Positions 1 to 12,844 of a stretch of DNA of 59,879 nucleotides are shown here, piece after piece; positions within the stretch are counted from its first letter, which is position 1, and the number at the start of each line of letters is the position of its first letter. Source of the DNA: Octopus bimaculoides. Taxonomy: Eukaryota. A model generated the notes under the pieces. It saw only the letters and a list, made by a program, of their open reading frames with translations. It was not told the origin of the DNA and made no database searches. The translations under genes were made by a program, and so were the position numbers. Where the stretch lies: the NCBI RefSeq assembly GCF_001194135.2, contig NC_069001.1, forward strand, positions 18,824,621 to 18,884,499, in the 5' to 3' direction.

Positions 1-945
1 GGAGAAGAGAGTAACAAAATTCTTTTTTTTTTACAGTTTCTGTTGTGTTGTGTGTAGTCCTTTTTTCCGTCGTATACTGGGCTTTTTGTTTTTAATGGAG
101 TTTTTTTGGAATCAGAGAATATCTTGTGTATATATATATATGTTTTTATGCAAAAGAATCTAATTTTTAATTCGTTATAATTTTGATGACGTCTTATTCT
201 TTCTGGTGGATGTTTTTGGTCAAAAAATAGATTTTGTTTTGGCATTAGTGTTTTTGTTTGGTTGGCTGGTTGGTTCCCTGTACATAGGAACAGATTTTGA
301 TTGGTGTTAGGTTCATGATGTCACTTTATTTTGATAAAGAACCCGTTTTTGTTTTGGCCAAGTTTGGTATTCTGCTTGGTTGACTTCCCTATAGGGACTC
401 TGTCATTAGTTTTTGCCTAATTGTCATCAACTGCTGCAGTTGGTTGATTCCCTTAAGGAGTCAGTTTGTTTTTTTCTGGGGGTTCAGTTCTGATTGGAGA
501 TCAAATTTCATTGGTCTAGTGAGAAGTGATGTTAGCAACTGGTGTTTGAGAAGGGGTGTGGTGTTGTTGTTTAGTGATTTGTAGTTGGGGTTTTGAAACC
601 AAGGAGGGAGCCTGTTACTAAAGTTTTTGAATTATGTGTTATATCTGGTTGTTTTTTTTTTTTTGTGGAGAAATTGAGTTTTACTTTTTTCTAGTGTGTT
701 ATTAAACGATATTTAGTTGCAGTTTATATTTTTTAATGAGCATTCTTTCCTTATTCTATCAGAATTGGATTTGTTGAAGTGTTTCTGGTGCATTGATAGA
801 GTGGGAAGATTTGCTACTTTGGGTTTATGTCTGCAGGGTATTGATCTAGGTGTTTGCTCACAGGAATTTTCCTGCTTATGTCTGCAGAGCATTGACCTAA
901 GTTTTTGCTTATGGGAATATACATATATAAATATTTATATAGATA

Positions 946-2061
946 TCATATAAATATAAGGCAGGATGTGTGTGTGTGTGTGCGTGTGTACATGATTGTA
1001 CTTTATGCATGTCCACAAATTAGCACGCATGTCGCTCCAATTTTAGGAGGAGATTCGTCATGAACCTATCTGCATTTTCGTCAACTTTTTCTCTCTGCGG
1101 TACCCGCGTATACCTATAAATATCGATTTTCAACCATAACTTTTACCAATTTTGAAGTTTATTGACATGGCGAAGTCAAACTGCGTACGCGCATGAAGAA
1201 GAGGGGGAGATACAGAGTGTTTGCTAGCGTCTAACAAAAAAAATGGAAAGAAAAAGTGGAAGAGGGAGACAGAAGCGTCTTAGCAAAGAAGATGTTTGTA
1301 ACCAAGACAGAGTTTGTTTGCCAGTGTCTAACAAAAACAAAAAAAAAAAAGGAACGAAAAAGTGGAAGAGGGAAACAGAAAGCGTCCAACAAATCATTTA
1401 TGTATTTTTAATCGTTCATCTTTCTCCCCCCTCTCACTCTCTCACACACGCACATATACTACTTTGGGAGCGAAAGAGTTTTGTTTATATTTCACAACAA
1501 CAATGTAACAAAGAGGTGTATGTAACATAAATGGGTAAAATTTCCACCTCACCTCCCAACCCATTTTTCGGACCACAAAAAGGGTTTGGTAATTTTTCAG
1601 ATTAACACCTGCACAATTTCCACTAGGGTGTTACAGTTAGGATTAGGGTTAAGGTTAGGGTTAGGATTAGGGTTGGTGTTAGGGTTAGGGTTAAGGTTTA
1701 TGGTTAGGGTTAGAGTTAACCTAGAAGGGACAGGCCCCTTACTTTTTGCTTAAGGCTGTTGGTAAGTTTTCCTAAGTTACTCCAATCCAGATCCCCAATG
1801 CAAACCTTCAGATCAACCTTCTCCTATGCAGATCTCTAATGCAACTTTAAAAAAAAACAGTCAATGAGTGGAAATAACCAATAAACTGATTTCTTATGGG
1901 ATTTCCCAATCAAATTGCCAGCAAACCATCTTCAGCCAAACCAATTTCAACGGATTTCGCTCAAATCTGATGTCGATGTTACTTATTTTGGTTTGAAATA
2001 AAGCACTCGATCACTTAATAATCCAAGCTTAATCCCGGGGCAGCGCCAGGCTATACTGCTA

Positions 2062-2062
<1 letters not shown>
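946..2062 (+). mobile_element. Non-autonomous Helitron (Lep1-like architecture)
   Basis: 5' TC (946-947) followed by an AT-rich head and a (GT)n tract. 3' end is a GC hairpin cccggggcagcgccagg, a short spacer, then CTAG (2059-2062) with flanking T. No TIR or TSD. The 3' end is firmer than the 5' end. Confidence 0.7.
1637..1716 (+). repeat. Degenerate telomere-like (TTAGGG)n tract
   Basis: About 13 hexamers: TTAGGG, TTAGGA, TTAAGG, TTAGAG variants. Confidence 0.85.
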
Positions 2063-2099
<37 letters not shown>

Positions 2100-2225
2100 C
2101 TTCAGGTGCAATCCCACTGCATGACACTTTGGGCAACTGTCTTCTGCTATAGCCTTGATCCAATCAAAATCTTGTAAGCAGGTTTAGTGGACACCAACTA
2201 AAAGAAGCCTATCACATACATACAC
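2100..2225 (+). mobile_element. Partial tRNA-derived SINE (CORE-like family)
   Basis: Similar to the 9287-9666 copy (cccactg..ttgggcaa.tgtcttct.ctatag..aaagaagcc). Confidence 0.6.
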
Positions 2226-2975
2226 ATGCACACATACATACATGCACACTAACAAAAAAATAGAATGATCATAGGTAGTGTTGGTTGATTCCCCACCTCA
2301 CCCCAAAAAGCAAGTGAATGATTGATATCTGATCATTTAACAGATTTCCTATAAGTGAGCCAATAAACGAATGTCAAAGCACTAGGAATAGCTCCTAAAA
2401 CTCTCTCAAACTTCTCCGTACTCGCCTAACGATGCATTGAATAATGTAGTCTAGATACACTATTCCTTTTAAATGGGTGTGATGGTCATGACTGGAATTT
2501 TGATCCTAGGTGTGCTGGATCAGAACTGATCTGGAGTTAAGCTATGAGTAATGTGACTGAAAGTTAAGAAGTTTTTCAAAATCATGATGTTCTGGGTTCA
2601 GTCCCATTGTTTCATGCCTTTCACAGTTTTGGGGTGAATGAAACTAAGATGGAAACTGTGTAGAAGTCCACTGGATGGTGTGTACTATTCGTTCAAAGGT
2701 CAAGGCTACACTTTGTCATGTTTATCTAATATTAGCTGTGAAGACACATCTAGTCATGGAGAAATATTATTAGCTTGCTTGTGGATGACAGGGAGGGCAG
2801 TTGAAATGGATTCCAAGGAGGACTCCATGCCTCTTCTACAAATTGACAGGGTTCAATATTTTCTATAGTAAATTATTCTGCAAAAAAAAAAAAAAGTAAT
2901 ATGCACAAAATTAGCAGTTGAAAATTGTGAATGAACTCTATCTGCACAATGTATACACACACACACACACATATA

Positions 2976-3832
2976 CAGGGCAGGTGGAAAGTAACTAGAC
3001 ATTAGAAATTGCTTATAGAATTTTTAGTATTACAGAAGTCATGATGAAAACATTTTTTAAACAGACAACACTAATGGGGATTTCTTATTTTTTTATTGTC
3101 TTATTTGTTATTTCCCAGATGGCCAGTCGCTTGACTGTTGAGGAGCGAACTAAGATAGCAGCACGCCATGAAGTGTGGAATTCCGTTGTTTTGGTTCAGA
3201 GATGGCGGCGTGCATGGAAAGGTAAGCATGGTCCGGAGACAATAAAAAGTTGTCATACAAAGCTGATGACCATGGGTTCTGTGAACAATGCAAGAAGAAG
3301 TGGCCATCCAACCACATCCCAATCAGTGGAGAACATGGCAACAGTGCAAGAAATGTTTAATTGCAGCCCGCAAAATTCAGCACATCAAGCAGCTCATGAA
3401 AGTGGACTAACAAGACACATAATATGTATGGTGTTGCATAAAGAATTGAATTTTTATCCATGGAAACCCCATTGTGTACAGGAGCTAAAACCTGAAGACT
3501 GCGAGTCCAGAACTCCAAGACGTCCAGATCTCATTCTATGTGATTTTTACCTGTGGGGTTTCACAAAAGAGGAGGTATACAAGACAAAACCTTGCCCACC
3601 GAGTGACTTGGAGACATGGATTCAGGAGGTTCTCAATAATATCCCAGATGACGTCCTTCAGAAGGTTGTTCATTTCATCCCTTCCTGTTTGAGGAAACTG
3701 GTTGAGGCCACTGGTGCTTACGATAAAATATGAAGATTTACTTTCATTTTCTCATGTAATAAAGAACACGTATCATTTGTTTCAATATTTTATTACCAAT
3801 TTTTAATGCCTACTTACTTTTCACCCACCCTG
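2976..3832 (+). mobile_element. Internally deleted Tc1/mariner-superfamily transposon
   Basis: Imperfect TIRs (caggggcaggtggaaagtaa / ttacttttcacccaccctg) and TA on the left. ORF 3041-3733 has an HTH-like region (GSV..ARRSGHP, ELNFYPWK) joined directly to PRRPDLILCDFYLWG, so the catalytic middle is missing. Confidence 0.85.
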
Positions 3833-3930
3833 TCTATATGTAGTCCAAATTTACAGAAAACAAAAGCTGAAGACAGGCGAAGGAACAACAATCATGTATA
3901 TTAGTTTAATGTTCAGGAAGAATGGAAAAG

Positions 3931-3968
3931 TTTTTGACATTACAAGCTTACACTCTTCAACAGAAAGG
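3931..3968 (-). ncRNA. Decayed minimal hammerhead-like motif
   Basis: Minus strand: ccttt CTGTTGA a gagt gtaa gctt GTAA tg TC aaaa. Confidence 0.3.
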
Positions 3969-4069
3969 ATTAAGAGGGAAAAAAACGGAGCGAGAGAAAG
4001 AAATGTGTAGGGATTAACTGTTCAACATGATGAAAAATGATGATGCTAATTATATATATATATATATAT

Positions 4070-4432
4070 NNNNNNNNNNNNNNNNNNNNNNNNNNNNNNN
4101 NNNNNNNNNNNNNNNNNNNNNNNNNNNNNNNNNNNNNNNNNNNNNNNNNNNNNNNNNNNNNNNNNNNNNNNNNNNNNNNNNNNNNNNNNNNNNNNNNNNN
4201 NNNNNNNNNNNNNNNNNNNNNNNNNNNNNNNNNNNNNNNNNNNNNNNNNNNNNNNNNNNNNNNNNNNNNNNNNNNNNNNNNNNNNNNNNNNNNNNNNNNN
4301 NNNNNNNNNNNNNNNNNNNNNNNNNNNNNNNNNNNNNNNNNNNNNNNNNNNNNNNNNNNNNNNNNNNNNNNNNNNNNNNNNNNNNNNNNNNNNNNNNNNN
4401 NNNNNNNNNNNNNNNNNNNNNNNNNNNNNNNN
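4070..4432. other. Assembly gap
   Basis: N run flanked by (TA)n. Confidence 1.
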
Positions 4433-4479
<47 letters not shown>

Positions 4480-5459
4480 CATACATATATATAGACAGAT
4501 ACCACAATTAATTTTAAATATTTATCAAGCTATTGTCTTGTATCTAATATATTATTGTGTCGTATTTAATAGATTATATCTCTGATTTTGTTCCATAGTT
4601 TATCAGTTAATTGTCTAATGAATAATAAAAATGTTGTGTCTGTAATTATGTCTTCAGTTTCCTTCCATACATTTGAGGTGCATTGGCCTGTGAATAATAT
4701 ATGAGGTGTGTATAAGAGACTGCTTTCAATATCCTTCCATAGTTTAGGGGTCAGTTGTCTTAATAATATAATGTGTGTATAGTAGATTATGGTTTTGATT
4801 TTGTTTCATAGTTTTGAAGACTCTTTAAAGTCTTACATGATGGCTGTAGCAAAATGATATCACACAAATAACCCCAACAAAGTTTATGGGGATAATTGCA
4901 GGTAATTTGAAAATTGATTCCAATATTTGACTGGTTCTTATTTTTATGGTTCCTGAATAAGAAAAGCACAAGTGGCCTCAGTGAGCTTTGAACTATTAAA
5001 GTGGTTCAACTAAATAGTGTAAGATATTTAATGGTATCCCTCTATAAATTTATATAGAAACATATAAAGACATTATCAATGTTATCTGCCTCTCTACCAC
5101 TTTTGTCATTTAGTCACTTGACTTATTGGAAATAGCAGCTGAATGTCACTCACACCTCACATAGTTTATGGGTATGGATTATGTAATCTTTCTGCTAAAA
5201 AGATAGGGTCACAGCTGAAACAGTTTTGATCATAGAGCTATTTAGTTTGAGTTGACTTAAGGTTAAAAACCAACAATTTTACTGTTTATCAAAAATCAAG
5301 AAATGACGTCCTTTTAAAATGGTTTCTTAGGCAGCTTATCCCCAAAGTGAGAAATTGTAAATTTCTGAGATAATCTCCTGGAATTTCTCAGCAAATAGAG
5401 GTCAGGTTTCATGTTGAAATTGCTGAGGAAATTTTCACTCAATTTAAATGAGAAAACCT

Positions 5460-5473
5460 GTTGCCATAGCAAC
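5460..5473 (+). promoter_or_regulatory. RFX X-box motif
   Basis: GTTGCCATAGCAAC inside the palindrome cctgttgc-cata-gcaacagg. Motif match only. Confidence 0.45.
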
Positions 5474-5655
5474 AGGAAACTGAAGAAATTGGGTTTAATT
5501 GATGAAAGAACTTCAATAACTTTAAATGAATTTTTCTAATAAATCTAAAACATTTTCAGCAAATGAAATGAGAAACTTTGGAAAGTGTGTATGTATGTGC
5601 ACATGCACACACACACACACATATATATATGTAAAATCCATGTATATGTATGCGC

Positions 5656-5716
<61 letters not shown>

Positions 5717-5831
5717 TATTTAAAATCCATCTGTATACATGTGTATTACATTTGTAAATTTAATATACAAATGTGTCTACACATGCACTCAGGCATGCAC
5801 ACACATATATGCAATGTATATGTATATATGT

Positions 5832-5883
<52 letters not shown>

Positions 5884-6024
5884 TATCTCCATATATCCCC
5901 CCCTATAGCAAGACACTGTTCTTGTCCTATCATACTTTCACCTCTCATTCCCTGGCAGAAAGCTTCCTCTCCTTTCCTAGCATTCCCCTCGCACCCCTTC
6001 TTCCCTGTCTTGAAACTTACTTGG

Positions 6025-6218
6025 TAACCTCATTAGTGCTGATGGCATGAAGCAAGCACCATGCATATGCTGAAAGGTGGTTGGCATTATGAAGGGCATC
6101 TGAAACCATGCCAAAGTTAATGCTGGGGTTCAGTGCAGCCCTGCAGCGTTTTGGATCTTGTCACACTGTCTAACCCATGCTAGCATGGAGAATCAACATT
6201 GGACGATGATGATAATGA
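6025..6218 (+). mobile_element. RTE-type 3' tail fragment
   Basis: Ends aacccatgctagcatgg...(gat)n like the 51100 copy. Confidence 0.6.
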
Positions 6219-6679
6219 TATGTATGTAATGTACATACGTATATATTTTGTGTGCGTGTATAGATGATGATGATGATATAGAGATTATGTTTTAATCACT
6301 GCAATTGTTTCAACACACCATAATTCTCCAAGAATACAGGTATTTGATTATGCAACTGTTTGTGTGCATAATGAGATCAAGTTGTGTTTCTTCTGACAAT
6401 ATGCAAGTGTTATCAACCACTAGTTTAAAATCGTCAACTTCAAGGCTATCCCCTCTGTTGTGGTTTGAATTTGGTAGTAGCTGATAGACTCATGGTATGT
6501 GCTGCCAGAGTGCATTAGGCAGACTGCTATGAATGGTAGTAGATGGATATTTTGGTACTGGCTAGCATTTGAACAGGATTGATATTTCACTTGGTTGTAT
6601 CGCCGATCTGTTCATGGTTGGATACACATGTGAATTTCTTTAGTTGACCTTTAGTATTCATTGGTCGGATGCACACACA

Positions 6680-7079
6680 GGCTCACATATACACTCCCAC
6701 ACACAAACCTATGTATGCATGCCTATATAGACACATACATACTCACATATATTCACGTACATATGCGTATATACATATATATAGATATGCATGCATACAC
6801 CAATCAACTTATCCAAGAGGGTGTGTGTGTGTACCCTCTTGCATATGTGAGTGTATATACATACACAGATAATTAAGTAAACCGACCCACTTTGACTTGC
6901 ACATACATATAGCGAAACAATTGCAGTGATTAAAACATAATATATAGCGAAACACTTACTCACATTTATATATCTCTACCTATCTCCAACCTTGTGTGTG
7001 GATTCGCACACAAACACTCCGATATATGTAAATATATAAAAATATATATCCATACATATACACATTCATACATAGACAC

Positions 7080-7125
<46 letters not shown>

Positions 7126-7347
7126 AATTCATGCAAAAATACACACATATATATATATATATACAGGCATATACATATATTTTTACTCACACACGTGTAT
7201 ACATATGCATATAAACATAGGCACATACTCATAGATAAATATATATGTGCATGCAGATAAGCGTATAGCAATATATGCACGCCCATAGTCTTCCACTCAC
7301 ATATGCACATGCCTCTGTGTGTGCACATATATTCACACACATACACA

Positions 7348-7389
<42 letters not shown>

Positions 7390-7520
7390 CACATGCACTC
7401 ACTTGTAGATACAAATACACATATGCTCACATACAAATATATACCTACAAATACACTCATATGAATATACATATGTATGTATATACACACATGTATAAAT
7501 ACATATATATATATATATAT
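6680..7520. repeat. Compound (CA)/(TA) microsatellite field
   Basis: Directly visible low complexity. Confidence 0.9.
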
Positions 7521-7521
7521 A

Positions 7522-8862
7522 CAGTGGTGCCATTTGATTTAAGAATGCGAGTATACCAATGTTAAAATGGCATTTTTTATATATCCAAGTTGTAAATTGT
7601 GAATTAAGATGTATATCAAAGTAAAGAAAATTTCACGAGTTTTAATATGGTATACAACTTTAAAGCATAACATCAACATGTTAATTTTGAATTAAAAATA
7701 AACTTTATTTTGCATAATTTATGTTGCCACTTAATTTAAGAATGATTTACAAAATTTCATTTTTTTGACTTATTGACTCATATAAAGTTAGGGTAATTTG
7801 CATGCTGTTACAACTTTTTAAGTTACTTAATAGTTGTGATGGCTAAGAGACAAAACTCAACAGCAGAAACCAGTGAGGGTCGTTCAGCTTAGTAGGCTGA
7901 AATGGTAATATAAAGCTATTTGAAACAAAGTTGGATGCTCTAAAACAGTCGTCTGCAATGCTGTCCATCTTTATAAAGAGACTAATGATTATAAAGACCG
8001 CTATAGACCTGGGCAACCAAGAAAACCAATGGCAAGAATGGATAGATACATTCATAGAATGTCCCTAAAAAAATGAAAAATGACTGCTGTTGACATTTTA
8101 AAAGAAATTCTGCAAAAATATGGACTGTTCATCATAAAAAAACTGTGTCAAAGAATTTGGACTTCTTGGAAGAATCCCTTGCAAAAAGCCATACATTTCT
8201 TTAAAAAATCCTTGTGCCCGAATACAGTTTGCAAAAGAGCATTTGAATTGGAGTCTAGCAGATTGGTCGAATGTGTTGTGGTTGGAAAAGTCAAATGTAA
8301 GAAGGTGTATAGGTGAAGAATATCATCCAGAATGCATCCGACTTACAATTCCACAATGTTGGAAGTGTGATGGTGTGGGAGTGCATGCCTGGAAAAGGTC
8401 TCGGTCCTATAATCTTAATCAAGGGCGTTATGGATAGTAAGTCCTATCTAGAAATATTGGAAAGCATTTGAGCCAATCTTGGACTTTCCAGCATGACAAC
8501 AACCCAAAACACACCTCGCACCTAGTCAGAGATTACATTAGGCCTATAAGAGAGTTTGGTTGATGCAGTGGCCAATGCAGTCGCCCGACCTAAATCCCAT
8601 TGAAAACCTTTGGGAAAGGTTGAGTGGAGCTGTGCAAAGTAGAAAGCCAAAGAATAAGGATGTTTTTTTTTTTTTTAAACCTTAGCCAAAATTGGGAAAA
8701 AATCTCAGGAACAATGATAAAGGATCTGAACAATTATGTTTCACAGATGCAAAGCCGTATTAAGCAATTTTGGATACCCAACCATATACTGATTGTGTCA
8801 GCTTATTATTGTTTTTTTTTTATTGATCTCAAAATAAACTTCTTAAGCACAATCTGACACAC
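7522..8862 (+). mobile_element. Decayed Tc1-family transposon (DD34E-type)
   Basis: Starts TA|CAGTGG. Frameshifted transposase motifs: WSNVLW, RRCIGEEYHPECI, FQHDNNPKHTS, WPMQSPDLNPIENLW. Right TIR is weak. Confidence 0.9.
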
Positions 8863-8962
8863 ATACACATGTTTGGCGAGTGGGAGGGACAGGTGGGAGT
8901 TTACTGAATTATTGTTAGTTATTCATAATAATATTATTTGACAGTGCTGGGTCTAGAGATTA

Positions 8963-9032
<70 letters not shown>

Positions 9033-9192
9033 ATTACACTGCTATGAACGGACACTGAGGTAGGGTGGAAAAGAGGGGGGGGAAATCTCCCTGAATTATT
9101 TTTATTATTTCACAGTGGCTAATCTAGAAAATGCATATTTGGCGCTGTGGGGACATCTTGGAATTTTGTCAGACTGGAGGTTGGGGGTAGGT

Positions 9193-9225
<33 letters not shown>

Positions 9226-9286
9226 CAAATCGTCCAACCCATGCTAGCATGGAAAGCGGACGTTAAACGATGATGATGATATATAT

Positions 9287-9666
9287 GAGGCACAGTAGTG
9301 GCTGTGTGGTAAGTAGCTTGCTTACCAACTATATGGTTCTGGGTTTAGTCCCACTGCGTGGCACCTTGGGCAAGTGTCTTCTACTATAACCTCGGGCCGA
9401 CCAAAGCCTTGTGAGTGGATTTGGTAGATGGGAACTGAAAGAAGCCCGTCATATATGTACATATATGTGTGTGCATGCTTGCCCCCCTCCCCATCACTTG
9501 ACAACCAATGCTGGTGAGTTTGTCCCCTTAACTTAGCGGTTCAGCAAAACAGACTGATAGAATAAGTACTAGGCTTACAAAGAATAAGTCCTGGGGTTGA
9601 TTTGTTCAACTAAAGGTGGTGCTCCAGCATAGTTGCAGTCAGATGACTAAAACAAATAAAAGAATA
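9287..9666 (+). mobile_element. Full-length tRNA-derived SINE (CORE-like, Octopus OR-type by recollection)
   Basis: A-box-like tggctgtgtggt, B-box-like gggtttagtccc, ggcaccttgggcaagtgtctt core and an aaacaaataaaagaata tail. Many paralogs in the window. Confidence 0.85.
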
Positions 9667-10084
9667 TATATGTGAGTAAGAGTGTATATATACACACGTA
9701 CTTTGCTATATGTATGTAATATGCACATATATATGTATCCATTACCTTTTGCCTATATTTACCGCTTTAACTTGGCTTTAACCGCTTTAACTTTAATCTT
9801 CTGACACACCATATCCTATTACCCTTCTACTTTGAATCTCTCTTTCCATTATGGCAGTTCTTTAATTTTGTAAATTACAAGATGCTGGTGCAAGAAGGAA
9901 ACACACTCTGTACACTTTGTAAAGTGGTTGGTGTTCAGAAAGGTTATACAACTATGGAAACTATACCAAAACTATGACAATGGAACACAACATGGTCATC
10001 TAAGGCATGGATCCTGTCAAACTGTTCAATCTACACCAGCATAGAAGGCAGGCACAAAATGATGATATTAATGATAAATATATA

Positions 10085-11830
10085 TATTTATAGGAGGTGC
10101 AGGTGTGATTGTGTGGTTGAGGAGTTCACATCCCAGATGGCTTCAAGTTCAGTTCCATTGTATGGCTCTTGACCAAGTATCTTCTGCTATAGCTCTGGGC
10201 CATCCAAAACCTTGTGAGTTGATTGATCGAAACTGAAAGTGATCTAGTGAGTGTGTGTTCTTGACTTGACTTCATGTAATAGTTGTAAATGAGTGTCACT
10301 GTCATATAAGAAGTGTCATTCATTTCCAATATTCTGTGTGGACATGTTTGGGCATAGGAAAATACTAGCTGGTGTAACCGGTAATTCCCGGGGCTAAAGA
10401 TGTTCTATTGAAATGCTTTATTACTCTGATATAAGAAAGCAATTTCGTTAAAACTGCCACAAAAGGTGTATTTTCCATCATGAAAAAGTACAAAAAACTG
10501 TCAGCTGGAGGAGGGAGAGATTGTTCGAAGTTAGTGAGAGTGGTTTTCAAAGGTTGGTGAGAAAGATTGTCGGAGATTGGTGAGAGAGGTTATATAAATA
10601 TATGAATGAAGTGTTTGAAGAAAGTGCAATAATAATGTTCAAGCTTGCTGATGGTCGCTCTCAGTAACTGCCTTTAGCTTATGGAGTTCTTGTTTTTATA
10701 ATTATCAAAAACCAGCCAGAAGATATACTGTTGAGAACAAATGATTTCGTTGGAGGTCTGTTATCTCCATTCCAGCCAGTGATGGCCTAGAAGAGGTTGG
10801 AAGGGTCAAGCGGCAAAGACATTATTCTGCTTAGCGAAGGCAGCTGGGAAATGTATAACTGCTGTCATTCCCAGAAAAACTATTGTTTTACCGTGTGAAA
10901 AGCGCTATTGAAGTGTTAAGTGAAATTTGGCAATCGAGGATTGAATCCACGCTATGCCTGCATGAAGCCACTACAAATACGTTGTGGAATAAAAAATTTA
11001 TTTACTGTCATGGAAAAAATGTGACTAAAAATGCAGAACTATTGGAGTAATGGGCATTCAAAAATGTATATATGTATAAAAATGTATGAATGAAGTCTTT
11101 AATGTTTAAAATTCAAATTAAGGAAGTGCAATAATAATGTTTAGCAGTTCAAAACTGTGAGTAGTGAAATGCAGAATTAGGTTGGCTGATCTTGAGAATC
11201 AAATATTGATCGCTTCGCTAAAAACTGCATGTGGTATGGGTTATTTCCCTTGCATTGTTTAAATAAAATATTAGTAATATGTAGTAGATAGAAGGATCCA
11301 TTGGAGGAGCCCTATTATCGATATTTTTCAACAATCCAAATATGTCACGAGGTTTCCAGACATGAGTTCTACTCACATGTCAAATAAAGTGATATTGTCT
11401 GCAAAAATTAGACATTGGGCACACAAAAATCAATATTCAAAGTAATTGAACATAAACAATGAAATGGATTATTTCTTGTGAGTGTTTAAAAAAATATTTA
11501 GCAGATGCTCTGGGTTATTTCCCTTGGGTGTTTAAAAAAAGAATTAGTTATATGAGGTAGATATAAAGGTTCCTTACAGGGGCTGTATTATCGATTTTTT
11601 TCAACAATCTAAGTATGTCACGAGGTTTCCAGACATGAGTTCTACTCACATGTCAAGTTTCATCAAAATCAATAAAACGATGTAGGAGGAGTTAGCTAAC
11701 AACACCACAAACAAACACATACCGATTTTCCACATATGTAGGAGATTACTTGGAAACAGGTGAGAGTTGACAATATTTGCCTCAAACTCTTCCTCAGTAA
11801 ACTCTGTCTGACTCATGCAAGAAGGATATG
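10085..11830 (+). mobile_element. SINE split by a Helitron insertion (parts 10085-10364 and 11746-11830)
   Basis: The joined flanks align to the uninterrupted paralog at about 30065-30130 (minus). Confidence 0.7.
10365..11745 (-). mobile_element. Non-autonomous Helitron
   Basis: Minus strand: 5' TC at 11745, 3' hairpin ccgggaattaccgg then CTAG ending at 10365. Inserted between A10364 and T11746 with no TSD. Confidence 0.85.
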
Positions 11831-12040
11831 AGGATATTATAACGGTGATGATGATTTGCATAATTTTTGAGACTGAAACACTATATTATCAATATCATTT
11901 CTGTGTCTGCTTTTTCATGCTGGCACAAATTGGACAGGACTTTTGAGGCAGTATTTTTATCGCTAGACCTCAGTTTTGTTGCCAATCCTTTTAGTTGCCT
12001 CTTTACAGCTTATAAGATACAATGTACCTCTTAAAAACTG

Positions 12041-12077
<37 letters not shown>

Positions 12078-12089
12078 TATGTATATATC

Positions 12090-12432
12090 GGTGCAGGCAT
12101 GGCTGTGTGGTAAAAAGTTTGTTTTCCAGCCACATGGTTTCAGCTTCAATCCCATCCCATTGCGTGGTATCTTGGGCAAGTGTCTTCTACTATAGCTTCA
12201 GGCCAACCAAAACCTTGTGAGTGGATTTGGTCGACAGAAAGTGAAAGAAGCCCATCGTGTATATGTGTGTGTGTTTGTCCCTGTAACTCAGTGGTTTGAC
12301 AAAAGAGACTGATAGTCTAAGTACAAGTACTTTAAAAATGAATACTGGGATTGATACATTCAACTAAAATTTTTCAAGGCAGTGCCCCTAGTAGGGCTAC
12401 AGTCTAATGACTGAAACAAGCAAAAGATAAAA
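12090..12432 (+). mobile_element. tRNA-derived SINE (same family as 9287)
   Basis: Colinear with the 9287-9666 copy. Confidence 0.85.
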
Positions 12433-12844
12433 GATGTGTGTATGTGTGTATCATCACATCTTAGTTTTATGTCTGTCTGTTCATGCTGCCATATACAAAT
12501 TAATTTCCATTCACTAATTGGCTTGTGCTATGGCCTAATGTGTTTAATTAATCTTGCTGTTTTAATCACTGTGAAGGAAATGGAAGAAGAGAGTGTTTCA
12601 GTGTTAAGTTAGTGTGTCTGACTAATATCTGAAATAGGGGATTCTATGTAAAACATCACAATGATTGACTTGTTTACAATATTAAAACATTTTCAGGTTT
12701 CTTTTATGATTTTAAATAACTGAGAATTATATAAATAGAAAGAACTTTTATTTCAGCTTTAGTCTTGTAAAACTGGGCATCAGACAGAGGATTAGTGGGA
12801 TTAAAGCTTCTTAGTTACTGTACTTAATCCAATGCTCATTCTAC

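Noticed and set aside
1-900. Possible Penelope N-terminal relic on minus, plus a short recurring ttggttg(a/g)ttccc motif
   Set aside because: Only fragmentary peptide resemblance; too decayed to support a call.
3970-4585. Long ORFs across N gaps (also 23204-24319, 25037-25803, 47273-48244, 52681-53301)
   Set aside because: Their length comes from X residues; not evidence of coding.
5526-7565. Tyr/Ile/His/Thr/Cys/Val-rich ORFs (also 41494-41910, 48943-49645, 53872-54742)
   Set aside because: Translations of (TA)n, (CA)n and (GT)n microsatellites.
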